Shown piece after piece: positions 53,519 through 63,454 of a stretch of 64,000 bases of DNA. The translations under genes were made by a program, and so were the position numbers. The DNA lies in contig CBDBBI010000010.1 of NCBI GenBank assembly GCA_965202625.1, forward strand, positions 2,208,001-2,272,000. Direction: 5' to 3'. How positions within the stretch are numbered: the first letter of the stretch is position 1; every line of letters begins with the position of its first letter. Under the pieces are notes generated by a model, which was not told where the DNA came from, searched no databases, and was given only the letters and a program-made list of their open reading frames with translations. This DNA comes from a bacterium. Its GTDB lineage: Bacteria > UBA8248.

Positions 53519-53612
53519 GAGGAAGCAGGAAATATATCGAATTTTTCCTGAAAATCTCTCTTTTTTATTGTGAAAAACGGAAAATAAGTATATCTTTTTT
53601 TGTGTAATATAG

Positions 53613-53641
53613 ATTATATGAGTATTAAACGCTCATATAAT
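53613..53641. promoter_or_regulatory. Inverted repeat upstream of hsp20, HAIR (HspR operator)-like
   Basis: ATTATATGAG-N9-CTCATATAAT perfect 10-bp IR; core TGAGT-N7-GCTCA versus HAIR CTTGAGT-N7-ACTCAAG. Confidence 0.6.
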
Positions 53642-53696
53642 TGGGCCGGGGGGTGCGGGGTTCCCCTAAATTCACTTTCATCATAAGGAGCGGAAA

Positions 53697-54113
53697 ATGA
53701 CCAGTTTGATGAGTCGCGCTTCGTTTCACGATGTGCTCAACCGTATGCTTGAGGACTCCTTCGCCAGGCCTTTCCGCCAGGACGCCGAGGAGGAGATTCT
53801 ACCTATCGACATCGCACAAACGGATAAGGATGTCGTCGTGCGTGCGTCGCTTCCGGGGTTTAGGAAAGAGGATATCGACCTTCGGATTGAAAAGGGTGTT
53901 CTCTCCATCAAGGCGACGAAACAAACGGAGAAAGAAATTGAAGATGAAAAATACTATCGCCGCGAGCGTTTCATGGGCTCTTTGAGCCGGCGGGTCGTTT
54001 TGCCTGGTATCGTGCAGAACTACGAATCGAGTGCGGAACTCAAGGATGGCGTCCTCACGCTTCGGGTACCCATAGCCGAGGTGAGCAAACCGAGGCAGAT
54101 TGCGGTTCAGTAG
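53697..54113 (+). CDS. Hsp20/alpha-crystallin small heat-shock protein
   Basis: LPGF.KEDI, RRER..G...R, AELKDGVLTLRVP; AAGGAG RBS. Confidence 0.95.
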   Translation: MTSLMSRASFHDVLNRMLEDSFARPFRQDAEEEILPIDIAQTDKDVVVRASLPGFRKEDIDLRIEKGVLSIKATKQTEKEIEDEKYYRRERFMGSLSRRVVLPGIVQNYESSAELKDGVLTLRVPIAEVSKPRQIAVQ

Positions 54114-54128
54114 ATCGAGCGTCCCAGG

Positions 54129-54157
54129 CCGGTCCCCGGCGTCAAGCCGGGGACCGG
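54129..54157. terminator. 12-bp perfect hairpin after hsp20
   Basis: CCGGTCCCCGGC-GTCAA-GCCGGGGACCGG; no T-tract on the + strand, so it may be REP-like rather than a classic terminator. Confidence 0.55.
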
Positions 54158-54858
54158 AAAACGTCGGGTATCCGCACTTTTCGCTTCGCCGAGGAAACAC
54201 ATGGACGATGCTCGGAATTCGCGCAACGCCCATGTGCCGCCACGACCTGCCTTCCACTCATATTCAGTCGTCATCACGCGGCGACATGTGTCTATCCATG
54301 ATTCGTATCTTCTGTCTGCCTCGCACCGCCTGGTTGTCTGGTGAGTGAGGTGCTTAACTTAGCGCGCCCTCTGATCAGATGGTGGATATGGCGACTGTGC
54401 CGTGAGGAAGTTTTGCTTTGATCGCTGTTTTGTATCTTTGCCGGGAGGGAGGAAATGGCCGCTCGGCTTTGAACGCGCAGGGCGCGGTTCCCCCTATTAT
54501 TTCCTCGTCAAGGTGAGGTGAGTGGGTGTTTCCGCTTTTTCTACCGTGTCGAGGGTGCGACAGGCTTCGACGATTTTCGTGAAGCGCCGCGCCGGAATGG
54601 CGCGGCCGGGGACGCTGGTTCACGGACTGATGGATTCTCCATAGGTTTTGAGGGAAACGTATTTTGAGGTCTGGAACGCCGCCTGAAAAATGCTTTATGG
54701 CCAGGAAGCGATTCCGCTTAGAGAGTTCTCGCTTTTGGCGAAGGGGGTTTTTCGCCTCCCTTCGTTCAGGCGGTGAAGCGGAAATCTTCCCTCTGGCAAG
54801 AGAAAGCGAGACGCTCCTCTTTCCCGTTGCGTGATTCTGAAAGGCTCAGCAGATAGGC

Positions 54859-57177
54859 CTATCCTGAGAGCGGACCAAAATCAGGCGGGGGAATGCGGCG
54901 CCTTGAGGCCGCCTCATAGGCCGAGGCGATCTGGAGGAGCGCGTCTTCCCTGCCGGGTTCGGCGCGAAACACGAGGGAGAACGGCAAACCTGGTTCCGGG
55001 ATGGTGTTTGCCTGGTCGTTGGGGGCGGGGACGAATCGGGTCCCGTCCTCGTTCAGTTCAAAAACAGGGTCATAGGTCGTCCGCACGTAGCCTGCCGGCA
55101 CGAGTACCTCCGTCAGGCCGGCGTTCGGGCCGCTTTGCGACTCAGGTCTCGAGTTCAGCAGGAGGCCCGGTTGGCTCGCGCCCCCGATGATGGCGGGCGG
55201 AAGCGGTGTGTGCAGTCGCACGAGGGCGTCGAGCCTATTTTCGAGGATGACCATCATGTCCACGCGGCGGAGAAGCTCGCGCAGCATGATGCGCTCGTTC
55301 ACCCCCTGCCGATTCCCGTGCGGATTGCGCGGATCGTCCACTTCTTCCCAGTTTTTGAAGGCGGCGCGCTGGTCGTCTCCCCAGAACTTCGAGCGCGCGT
55401 TCAACTCGGAAAAGCCGGTGATGGTCTCGGTGAATCCACGTGCTTTCCAGTCCTCGGCTCGGCGCGAGAGGTATTGATGAATGTGGTAGCGAAACGTCAT
55501 GGCGAGTTCTTGTTGCTGGACGGTGGCGAGGTCTAGGTTGACGGGCGGTTCGACTCTGCCCTCGGCCATGTCGAGCATATAGTCTATCGGCAGCATGTCG
55601 CCTGTCCCAAAAAATTTCCCCGGTGTGAATTCGGTTGGGACGATGGCCTCTGCAAACTCCCGGAAAAGGGGTTCTCCTTCTGGAGTGAGCCGAAACATGA
55701 TGTCTGGCATGAATATGGGAACGAGTCTGGCCAGCGCGCGCCTGAAGTCCGTTTTCATGGTCTCGACCTCGGGGTCGCTCTTCCACAGCGGGTCGGTGGA
55801 TTCGAGGAGCGTCGCCCCGAGATTTGCGCCAATGATGCTTTTGATCTCCTTGGCCGCAGCGGTGACGATCGGCTCTTCAGATTTTGACCCTCTCGGATAC
55901 ACCATTGATTCACGAATGATCCCGATGCGCATTCCCTTGAGCGCGTCTGCCTCGCCGCTCATTCGCGCGTGCTTCGAATAGGGCGTTTCCAGGACGGAGG
56001 AACGGGGCACCGTCGTGAAGGGATCGCGCGGGTCGTAGTAGCCGTTCTCCGGGTCCTTGAGGGCGTCGAGTATCTTGGCGCAATCGCCGATGGTTCGTGC
56101 CATGATACCGCTCCTGTCGCAGTAGATGTCCGCCCCGATGGCGCCGCCGTCGAAGCCGAGCATCGCCTTGTGGGGCAGAATCAGCGCGACGGCGTTGTGA
56201 TTCGAAGGTCCCCGACAGGAGGCTCTCGTCTCCTCACCCAAGCTCGCCATCACCATGTTGGTGCTCACCGAGAGCGCGGAACCCGAACTCGAGCCGAGCG
56301 AGGCCGCGCGCGTGGTGTCATAGGGGTTCGATGGATTCCCGCCCCAAGAGCTGCGCTGGTAGCCCAGGACGGAAGGCAGCGCCTTATCGGGTTCGTGCTG
56401 CCCGCCCGGATCGCCGGCGCGTCCGTTGTATTCCGTGCTGACGGCCTTGGCGAAGATGATGGCGCCCTTGTTTCTCAATTGCTCGATCAGCACGTGGTCG
56501 CGCGCGGGAAAATCGATGTCGTAGCGCGCGTCTCCACCGCCCGTTGAGCGCATGTCCTTGGCGTCGAAAGGGTCCTTGAAGGAGAATACCATGCCGTACA
56601 TCGACATTTTTTCAAGATCGGGCCTTGTTCCATGCGCGGCGTCGAGCTCCGTCGCACGCTCGAGCGCGTCGGGGTAGTGCCGGAAAACCTCGCAGACGGG
56701 AGGCGCGCCCGGCGGCAGCGGGCCTTCGGAAGGATGCCTGTCGAAGTCGCCCCGGCAGGTGACGGAGCGCTCGCCGCGGATGTTGAGGGTGGCGAGGGCG
56801 TTGACTTGGCCGGCGTCTGGAATTCCGATGATCATCCCGTACTGCTGCTGGACATCCGGATCCGATGCCGTCGGCTCCATGCGTCCGAACTCAAGGGGTG
56901 GCCCCTGGTATTTGTCGAGATCGGGCAGCACGTCTGCGGCCTTCACGCTCTCCCTTGGAAAGCGAAGCGGCGCTTTCGCGCGCACAGCACCCCTAGCTTC
57001 GGGAACCGGGGCGCCATCCTCAGTCACGAGCATACTGGCCACGCCGTTATACGCGCGAACGCGCTCAATGTAGCGCTTGACCACATCGGCGCAGGTCGTT
57101 CGTCCAGCCTGGATTGCGGTATGGAGCTCCTTGATGGTCGCTTCTTCTAAGCGAAACGCCCCGTTTTTATCTCCCAT
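54859..57177 (-). CDS. Amidase signature family protein (long form)
   Basis: FKDPFD (Lys), GSSSGS, ETRASCRGPS (Ser-Ser-Lys triad), NPYD, ASAYEAAS.RR.PP. Confidence 0.9.
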   Translation of the reverse strand: MGDKNGAFRLEEATIKELHTAIQAGRTTCADVVKRYIERVRAYNGVASMLVTEDGAPVPEARGAVRAKAPLRFPRESVKAADVLPDLDKYQGPPLEFGRMEPTASDPDVQQQYGMIIGIPDAGQVNALATLNIRGERSVTCRGDFDRHPSEGPLPPGAPPVCEVFRHYPDALERATELDAAHGTRPDLEKMSMYGMVFSFKDPFDAKDMRSTGGGDARYDIDFPARDHVLIEQLRNKGAIIFAKAVSTEYNGRAGDPGGQHEPDKALPSVLGYQRSSWGGNPSNPYDTTRAASLGSSSGSALSVSTNMVMASLGEETRASCRGPSNHNAVALILPHKAMLGFDGGAIGADIYCDRSGIMARTIGDCAKILDALKDPENGYYDPRDPFTTVPRSSVLETPYSKHARMSGEADALKGMRIGIIRESMVYPRGSKSEEPIVTAAAKEIKSIIGANLGATLLESTDPLWKSDPEVETMKTDFRRALARLVPIFMPDIMFRLTPEGEPLFREFAEAIVPTEFTPGKFFGTGDMLPIDYMLDMAEGRVEPPVNLDLATVQQQELAMTFRYHIHQYLSRRAEDWKARGFTETITGFSELNARSKFWGDDQRAAFKNWEEVDDPRNPHGNRQGVNERIMLRELLRRVDMMVILENRLDALVRLHTPLPPAIIGGASQPGLLLNSRPESQSGPNAGLTEVLVPAGYVRTTYDPVFELNEDGTRFVPAPNDQANTIPEPGLPFSLVFRAEPGREDALLQIASAYEAASRRRIPPPDFGPLSG

Positions 57178-57503
57178 GACGCATCCTTTCATGTCCCCCC
57201 ACCTTCTCGCTCTCATTCCGCCGGGCGAGGCGTATCAACTTGAGATGATTTCAAAATACTATGGGGGATCTTCGGTTTTCGCAATGTCTGATGGAGGCGC
57301 TCCAAAGCACTCCGCCCCTGCCTATTTCGGCACAATGGTCCGCGTCTTTGCTGCGGCGTTTTTCGCACCGCCGTGTTCTGGTTTCGCCATATGATTTCCT
57401 CGTCAATCAAAAAACGATAAGCAAGTGGTATTTTTCGCAAAACGAGTAAGAATATGCGATGCTTCGCTGAAGCGAAAAAGAACCGGCGAAAGGAGACTTC
57501 AGA

Positions 57504-59114
57504 TTGAAAGACGGTTTGAAGACGGACTTGGACGTCCTCATCGTGGGGGCCGGCATAGCCGGGCTGTTCATGCTCTACCGGCTGCGCTCTAGGGGCTTCA
57601 AGGCGCGGATATACGAGTCGGGCAGCGACGTGGGCGGCACCTGGTATTGGAATCGTTACCCGGGAGCGCGGTGCGACACAGAGAGCGTTCAGTATTCCTA
57701 TCAATTCTCGAAAGAACTCCAGCAGGAATGGGTGTGGAGCGAACGATATGCGAGCCAGCCGGAGATTTTGCGCTACATCCGCCATGTGGCCGAGCGCTTT
57801 GATTTGAGGCGGGACATCGTCTTTAACACGCGGGTCGCGTCCGCCGTATTCGATGAGAATGTGAACCATTGGGTGGTCGAGATCGAGAGCGACGAGCGAA
57901 TCTCTGCCGCCTTCTGCGTGATGGCCACTGGGTGTCTCTCCTCGCCCAACCTGCCCGCTTTTCCGGGACTTAAGTCCTTTGGCGGTCCTGTTTTTCACAC
58001 CGGTCTCTGGCCGCATGAGAAGGTTGATTTCTCGGGAAAGCGCGTAGGCGTCATCGGCACTGGGTCGTCGGCGATGCAGTCCATCCCCATCATCGCGCGC
58101 GAAGCGTCGGAGCTGCTCGTCTTTCAAAGGACGGCGCATTACGCCGTGCCCGCACACAATGTCCCCCTGAGCGAGGAGCGGCTTCGAGAAGTGAAGGCGA
58201 ACTACGTCCGGATACGGGAAAAGGCCCGGCAATCGCCTACGGGTTTTGACCAGACGTTCAACGACAAGGCCGCTCTGGAAGTCAGCGAGGATGAGCGTCA
58301 GCGCGAATATGAGAGACGCTGGGCACACGGAGGACTGCCCTTCCTCGCCGCTTTCACGGATTTGCGATCCAGCGAGGAGGCGAACCGGACGGCGGGTGAA
58401 TTCGTCCGAAACAAGATTCGGAAAATCGTGAACGATCCGCAAATTGCGGAGCTGCTTTGCCCGCAGACGGTCATTGGATGCAAACGGTTGTGCGTGGACA
58501 CGGGGTATTACAAAACCTATAACCGCCCGAATGTCTCCCTGGTGGACGTGAGCGAATCGCCCATTGAGCGAATCACGTCCGAAGGGGTGATGGTGGCGGG
58601 AGAGATACATGCAATCGACATGCTCATTCTAGCCACCGGATTTGACGCTATGACGGGAACGTTGCTGAAGATCGACGTCCGGGGTCGCTCCGGGCAGACC
58701 CTGCGAGAGAAATGGAAGGAGGGGCCGCGCACGTATTTAGGCCTTATGACGTCAAGCTTCCCGAATATGTTCACCATCACAGGTCCGGGAAGCCCCTCGG
58801 TTCTGACGAACATGCAAACTTCCATAGACCATCATGTCGAGTGGATCGGCGCGTGTCTCGTGTTTTTGCGCGAGCGGGGATTGAGTGCCATTGAGGCGTC
58901 CTCGGAAGCGGAGGACGCTTGGGTGGCGCATAACAACGAGGAGGCTGTGAAAACGCTGCGCTACCGCTGCACCTCTTGGTATCTGGGAGCGAACATACCG
59001 GGCAAGCCGCGCGTGTTCATGCCGTACATCGCCGGATTCGACTTGTATGCGAGAAAATGCGCGCAAATCGTGGAGGCGGGATACGAAGGGTTTCATCTAA
59101 TTTCGCAATCATAG
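57504..59114 (+). CDS. Type I Baeyer-Villiger monooxygenase (cyclohexanone/phenylacetone monooxygenase-like)
   Basis: GAGIAG, GGTWYWNRYPGARCD, fingerprint FGGPVFHTGLWP, GTGSS, SWYLGANIPGKPR. Confidence 0.95.
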   Translation: MKDGLKTDLDVLIVGAGIAGLFMLYRLRSRGFKARIYESGSDVGGTWYWNRYPGARCDTESVQYSYQFSKELQQEWVWSERYASQPEILRYIRHVAERFDLRRDIVFNTRVASAVFDENVNHWVVEIESDERISAAFCVMATGCLSSPNLPAFPGLKSFGGPVFHTGLWPHEKVDFSGKRVGVIGTGSSAMQSIPIIAREASELLVFQRTAHYAVPAHNVPLSEERLREVKANYVRIREKARQSPTGFDQTFNDKAALEVSEDERQREYERRWAHGGLPFLAAFTDLRSSEEANRTAGEFVRNKIRKIVNDPQIAELLCPQTVIGCKRLCVDTGYYKTYNRPNVSLVDVSESPIERITSEGVMVAGEIHAIDMLILATGFDAMTGTLLKIDVRGRSGQTLREKWKEGPRTYLGLMTSSFPNMFTITGPGSPSVLTNMQTSIDHHVEWIGACLVFLRERGLSAIEASSEAEDAWVAHNNEEAVKTLRYRCTSWYLGANIPGKPRVFMPYIAGFDLYARKCAQIVEAGYEGFHLISQS

Positions 59115-59256
59115 AATGCGCAGCCGAATGGAACCATGAGGATCGTCCGATTAGGAATGTGGGAGCAAAGGCACTTGCATTTTACGTAGGTATGAGAGAT
59201 ATGATAGTAACATACCTACACCTGAGCACTGTAATCACGATTGATGGGGTCTTCGT

Positions 59257-60351
59257 ATGGCGGAAGTAGTCGTAAGGGACTTGGTAAAACGTTTTGGTTC
59301 GGAAACCTTGGCGGTGGACCACATCAGTTTTACTGTGGGTGAGGGAGAATTTGTGACTTTACTGGGTCCCAGCGGATGCGGAAAGACAACGACGCTTCGC
59401 TGCATCGCGGGGCTCGAGACCCCTGATGAGGGAGATATCCTCATCGCTGACGAAGTATTCACTTCCAGCCACAATGGCGTTTGCCTGCCGCCCGAGAAGC
59501 GGCGGCTCGGCATGGTGTTTCAGTCTTACGCCATATGGCCCCATATGTCGGTTTCCGAAAATGTGGCCTACGGCATCCAGGCACAGGGGGCGAATCGCGC
59601 GGAAGTGAGCGAAAAGGTCACCAAGGCACTCGAGCTTGTCGGCTTGGATGGTTTAGGTGAGAGAAACGCCACCAAACTCTCCGGCGGCCAACAACAGCGC
59701 GTATCCCTGGCGCGCGCGTTGGCCTACAACCCCCGTGTTCTTCTTTTCGACGAGCCGCTGAGCAACCTTGACGCAAAACTGCGAGAACGCATGCGGGTCG
59801 AGTTGGCGAGTTTGATAAAAGAGCTGAAATTGACGGCCATTTACGTGACCCATGACCAGGCCGAAGCCATGGTCATGAGTGATCGGATCATCGTCATGAA
59901 AGACGGAAAAATACAACAGGAAGGGGATCCGCACTCCACGTATAATGAGCCGGTCAATAGTTTCGTGGCCGATTTCATCGGCGTGACGAACATCCTTGCA
60001 GGCAAGGCCGGTGAACAGGAGAACGGCAAGGGTCTTTGGGTGGAAGTGCCGGCTCTTGAATCGAAAATCCTTTGCGCCAAGGGAATTGAGCGTGAGGTTC
60101 TGGTTGGTTCCGATTTGCTGGTTACCGTGCGTCCTGAATACATCGAATTCGAAGAAAGCGGGTCGAACGATAAAAACGTTTTAAGGGGCCACGTGAGAGA
60201 TGCAGTTTATCTGGGGCAATCCTGGGATTGTCTGATTCAATCGGGCGGATCGGAGTTGAGGGTGCACGTTCGTGGAGATGCGGAAATTCGGATTGGTCAT
60301 CCCGTCACCATGACCATACCTCCTTCAAGATGTGTGGTGTTGAGCGATTGA
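59257..60351 (+). CDS. ABC ATP-binding protein (Fe3+/polyamine family)
   Basis: [34 protein letters not shown]. Confidence 0.94.
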   Translation: MAEVVVRDLVKRFGSETLAVDHISFTVGEGEFVTLLGPSGCGKTTTLRCIAGLETPDEGDILIADEVFTSSHNGVCLPPEKRRLGMVFQSYAIWPHMSVSENVAYGIQAQGANRAEVSEKVTKALELVGLDGLGERNATKLSGGQQQRVSLARALAYNPRVLLFDEPLSNLDAKLRERMRVELASLIKELKLTAIYVTHDQAEAMVMSDRIIVMKDGKIQQEGDPHSTYNEPVNSFVADFIGVTNILAGKAGEQENGKGLWVEVPALESKILCAKGIEREVLVGSDLLVTVRPEYIEFEESGSNDKNVLRGHVRDAVYLGQSWDCLIQSGGSELRVHVRGDAEIRIGHPVTMTIPPSRCVVLSD

Positions 60352-60430
60352 GAGAGGGCATGCCGAAGGGGTTTCCTGCGCGAAGCCAGTTTCATCTTTA
60401 CCTTTTATTTTTTATTTTGGAGGAAGGTTG

Positions 60431-61573
60431 ATGAAAACAAGATCGATTTTCTGGTTGGGAATGGTGGTATTTCTGATAGGTATGTTTACGCTGAATGGAA
60501 CTGCCTGCGCCGCGGAGGCGCCCATCTTGAAAGAACTGCAAGGTGCGGAAAAAGCCCGCGTCATGAAGTTGATTCGAGGAGCCAGAAAGGAGGGGGCTTT
60601 TTCCTGGGCCACGAATCTCGCCCCCGTGAAAGCGGCCAAGGCGATGGAGAAGGCCTTCAAGGAACTCTATGGACTGCCGAAGGTGAAGTTTCGTTTCGCC
60701 AACAGGCGCTCGGGGACGCTCATCAAGCGTTTCGAGCAGGAAATCAAGGCGAACAAGCTCTCTGTTGATGTGGTTGTGCTCGCCGCGGCCTCTTGGCTGC
60801 ATTCAATGAAGCGTCGTGGGAATTTGATGAAATATGTCTCACCGGAAGATAAGCATTATAACCTGGCGGAGAAAGCGAATATGAACGGCGGCGGCTATTG
60901 GGTGGCCGATGCGCAAATCAACACCATGTCCGTAAACCGTGATTTGGCGGGCAACGTCAAACTGACCAGTTGGTATGATCTGCTGAAACCGGAATTCAAG
61001 GGGAAAGTGCTGGTCGGTGATGCGAGGCCTTCCGAGACATATACACTTTGGTACAAGGGACTTCGAGAGCGCTTGCCGAAAAGTTTCTTCTTGAAGTTGA
61101 GCGCTGCGAAAGCGGGTGTGATGGCGAGGGGCTCCGCGCAGAGGCGCTCCATCATGGCAGGGGAGTATTGGCTCGGAACGACGATTATGGCCAGGCACAA
61201 CTGGATTGCGAAGAAAGCCGGCGTGAAAATGGATCCCATCTACCCCAAAGAAGGCGTAGTGGCGCTTCCCATCGGCTCTGTGATCATGGCGAAAGCGAAG
61301 AATCCCAATATGGCGAAACTTTTTGTCGATTACTGGAGGAGTGTGAGAGGGCATCACATGCTCCTGAATTATAATCCGCTGAATTCCGGAAGACCGCTTC
61401 CACCGCATAAGGACGCGAAAATCAACAAACTCATCTTGGCGAAAGACGGAATTGCGCCTCCCATAGACAAGATCAATGTCATCCCGACCGACTGGAGCAA
61501 GGTCACGCCCGCCGATGTGAAGAAATGGAAGGCGGAATTTATCGAAGTTTTCGGTTCGGGGACGAAAAAATAA
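60431..61573 (+). CDS. ABC substrate-binding protein (Fe3+/thiamine/AfuA-like)
   Basis: Signal peptide, ARKEG, SWYDLLKPEFKGK, YPKEG, AKNPN.AKLFVDY. Confidence 0.88.
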   Translation: MKTRSIFWLGMVVFLIGMFTLNGTACAAEAPILKELQGAEKARVMKLIRGARKEGAFSWATNLAPVKAAKAMEKAFKELYGLPKVKFRFANRRSGTLIKRFEQEIKANKLSVDVVVLAAASWLHSMKRRGNLMKYVSPEDKHYNLAEKANMNGGGYWVADAQINTMSVNRDLAGNVKLTSWYDLLKPEFKGKVLVGDARPSETYTLWYKGLRERLPKSFFLKLSAAKAGVMARGSAQRRSIMAGEYWLGTTIMARHNWIAKKAGVKMDPIYPKEGVVALPIGSVIMAKAKNPNMAKLFVDYWRSVRGHHMLLNYNPLNSGRPLPPHKDAKINKLILAKDGIAPPIDKINVIPTDWSKVTPADVKKWKAEFIEVFGSGTKK

Positions 61574-61602
61574 TGACGAGGAATGCCTGAGGGGGCCGGG
61601 AA

Positions 61603-63363
61603 TTGAGCACCTCGCCCAAAACGGTGTTGGAGGCTGGAGCGGCGGAAGGACAATCAGCCGCTCTGGCCACCGCTCCACTGGGGCGTTTTTTCAATTCTGA
61701 AAATACGCTGAAGCTGGGCTCCTTGGGTCTGCTCACCATACTTGCCATCGTGCCGGTAAGCGTTTTCCTGTACAGTGCATTCGTGACCCACCCTGAAGCC
61801 GGAAAATCCATATTCACATTTATGAACTTCACGAAAACGTTCACCACTTCCGAGGTAATGGACGCTTCGCTGAATACCTTGATCATCGCGCTGGGAACGT
61901 CCGTTTTTTCTTGTTTGACGGGCGTTTCACTCGCTTGGTTTCACGCGCGTACCGATATGCCTTTCAGAGCGTCTTTGGAGGCGTTGACCTTGATTCCCTT
62001 TTTCCTGTCTTCTTTTTTAGGGGCCGTCGCCTGGTGGGCACTCGCCGCCCCGAGGACGGGCATGCTGAATCGCTGGATGATCGATATCTTCGGGTTGTCG
62101 ACCCCGCCATTCAACATTTATTCGATGGGCGGAATCGTCATGGTGTTGGCGTTGTTCTATACGCCCTATATGTATCTTTTTACGATAGGTTCCCTGAATC
62201 GGATGGACCCCGCCCTTGAGGAATCCGCGCGGGTATGCGGAACCGGCGTTTTGCGCACGGCCTTGAGAATAACGATTCCGCTATCCACGCCCGCGATGCT
62301 CTCCGGAGCGATCATTGTTTTCGTGGTGAGCATGGGGGTGTTCGGCGTGCCCAGCTTGTTGGGCCCTATCGCAAGGATATCAACGCTGTCGACAATCATC
62401 TATACGAAGATGGAAGAATATCCCCTGGATATTGGCGGGGCGGCCGCCCTGGGAAGCATCTTGATGGTATTCACCGCTCTGGGGCTTTACCTTCAGAGAA
62501 AGATCATAGCCCCGAGAAGTTACGTGACCGTAACAGGGAAAGGGTACCGTCCCAGCCGCGTTTCTTTGGGCAATTGGAAATACCTCGCGCTCGGCATCAA
62601 TTTTCTATACGTTCTATTGGCGGTCATCCTCCCACTGGGAGCGCTCTTGCTGGCGTCGTTCAATCGCGCCTGGCTGGGCGGATTCCGGTGGAGCCAGCTT
62701 TCCATCTACAACTGGGCTTATGTCTTGTTTGAATACGAGTATGCCATTCAGGCGACCAAAAACAGTCTTCTCCTGGGGCTGGTGGGAGGATTCATCACGG
62801 TGGTTCTTTGTACCTTCCTGTCCATGGTCATTCTCAGGGGCAAGAACAAGAAATTGAGCGGCGTGGTTGATTACCTTAGCACCCTGCCTATCGGCGTCCC
62901 GGGTCTTATCATGGGTATGGCTTTTCTCATCACGTGGATCAAAACGCCGCTTTATGGCTTCCCCCTGCTCTTGCTCATGATGGCGTATATGACGCGCTAT
63001 CTGCCTTATGGTCTGAGAACGATATCTTCGGTACTTCAATCATTGAGTTCCGAGCTCGAGGAGAGCGCCAGAATCTGCGGGTCCTCGTTCGTTGCGACGA
63101 TAAAGAAAATAACGGTGCCGTTGTTGAAACCGGGTATTTTCGCGGCCTATCTGATGCTGTTCATCATGTTCATAAGGGAGTTGCCGGTGTCTGTGCTCCT
63201 GGCGACAGAAGACAGCGCTCCCATGGCGGTGGCACTCTACATCTTGCAGGAAAACGAGGCTTTGGGCGTTGTGGCGGCATTCGCGCTTGTTCAGACGATT
63301 CTGCTCCTGGTGGGCACGATTATTTTCCGAAAACTCGGAAGCATGGAAAAGCTGTCGGTTTAG
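61603..63363 (+). CDS. ABC permease, two-module FbpB type
   Basis: Two EAA loops (LEESARVCG, LEESARICG), TVTGKGYRP. Confidence 0.92.
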   Translation: MSTSPKTVLEAGAAEGQSAALATAPLGRFFNSENTLKLGSLGLLTILAIVPVSVFLYSAFVTHPEAGKSIFTFMNFTKTFTTSEVMDASLNTLIIALGTSVFSCLTGVSLAWFHARTDMPFRASLEALTLIPFFLSSFLGAVAWWALAAPRTGMLNRWMIDIFGLSTPPFNIYSMGGIVMVLALFYTPYMYLFTIGSLNRMDPALEESARVCGTGVLRTALRITIPLSTPAMLSGAIIVFVVSMGVFGVPSLLGPIARISTLSTIIYTKMEEYPLDIGGAAALGSILMVFTALGLYLQRKIIAPRSYVTVTGKGYRPSRVSLGNWKYLALGINFLYVLLAVILPLGALLLASFNRAWLGGFRWSQLSIYNWAYVLFEYEYAIQATKNSLLLGLVGGFITVVLCTFLSMVILRGKNKKLSGVVDYLSTLPIGVPGLIMGMAFLITWIKTPLYGFPLLLLMMAYMTRYLPYGLRTISSVLQSLSSELEESARICGSSFVATIKKITVPLLKPGIFAAYLMLFIMFIRELPVSVLLATEDSAPMAVALYILQENEALGVVAAFALVQTILLLVGTIIFRKLGSMEKLSV

Positions 63364-63454
63364 ACGAAGAGGAAAAATCTCTGGGCCGGAGAAGTGTCGA
63401 AGCGTCGCAGAACGCATGGGTTCAGTCCCAGCAGTGCCTGGTGAGAGAGGTCAA

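Larger units (their letters stand above)
50090..53520 (-). mobile_element. Mu-like prophage relic
   Basis: Portal tail, muF and small ORF on the strand opposite the flanking genes; visibly more GC-rich; limits approximate. Confidence 0.65.

Noticed and set aside
54160-54858. Gene or ncRNA in the hsp20-amidase gap
   Set aside because: Short ORFs without motifs or RBS; no repeat structure I can support
57213-58610. 465-aa minus-strand ORF, and similar ones at 17144-18151, 24144-25271, 25587-26678 and 38000-39007
   Set aside because: Antisense to well-supported genes
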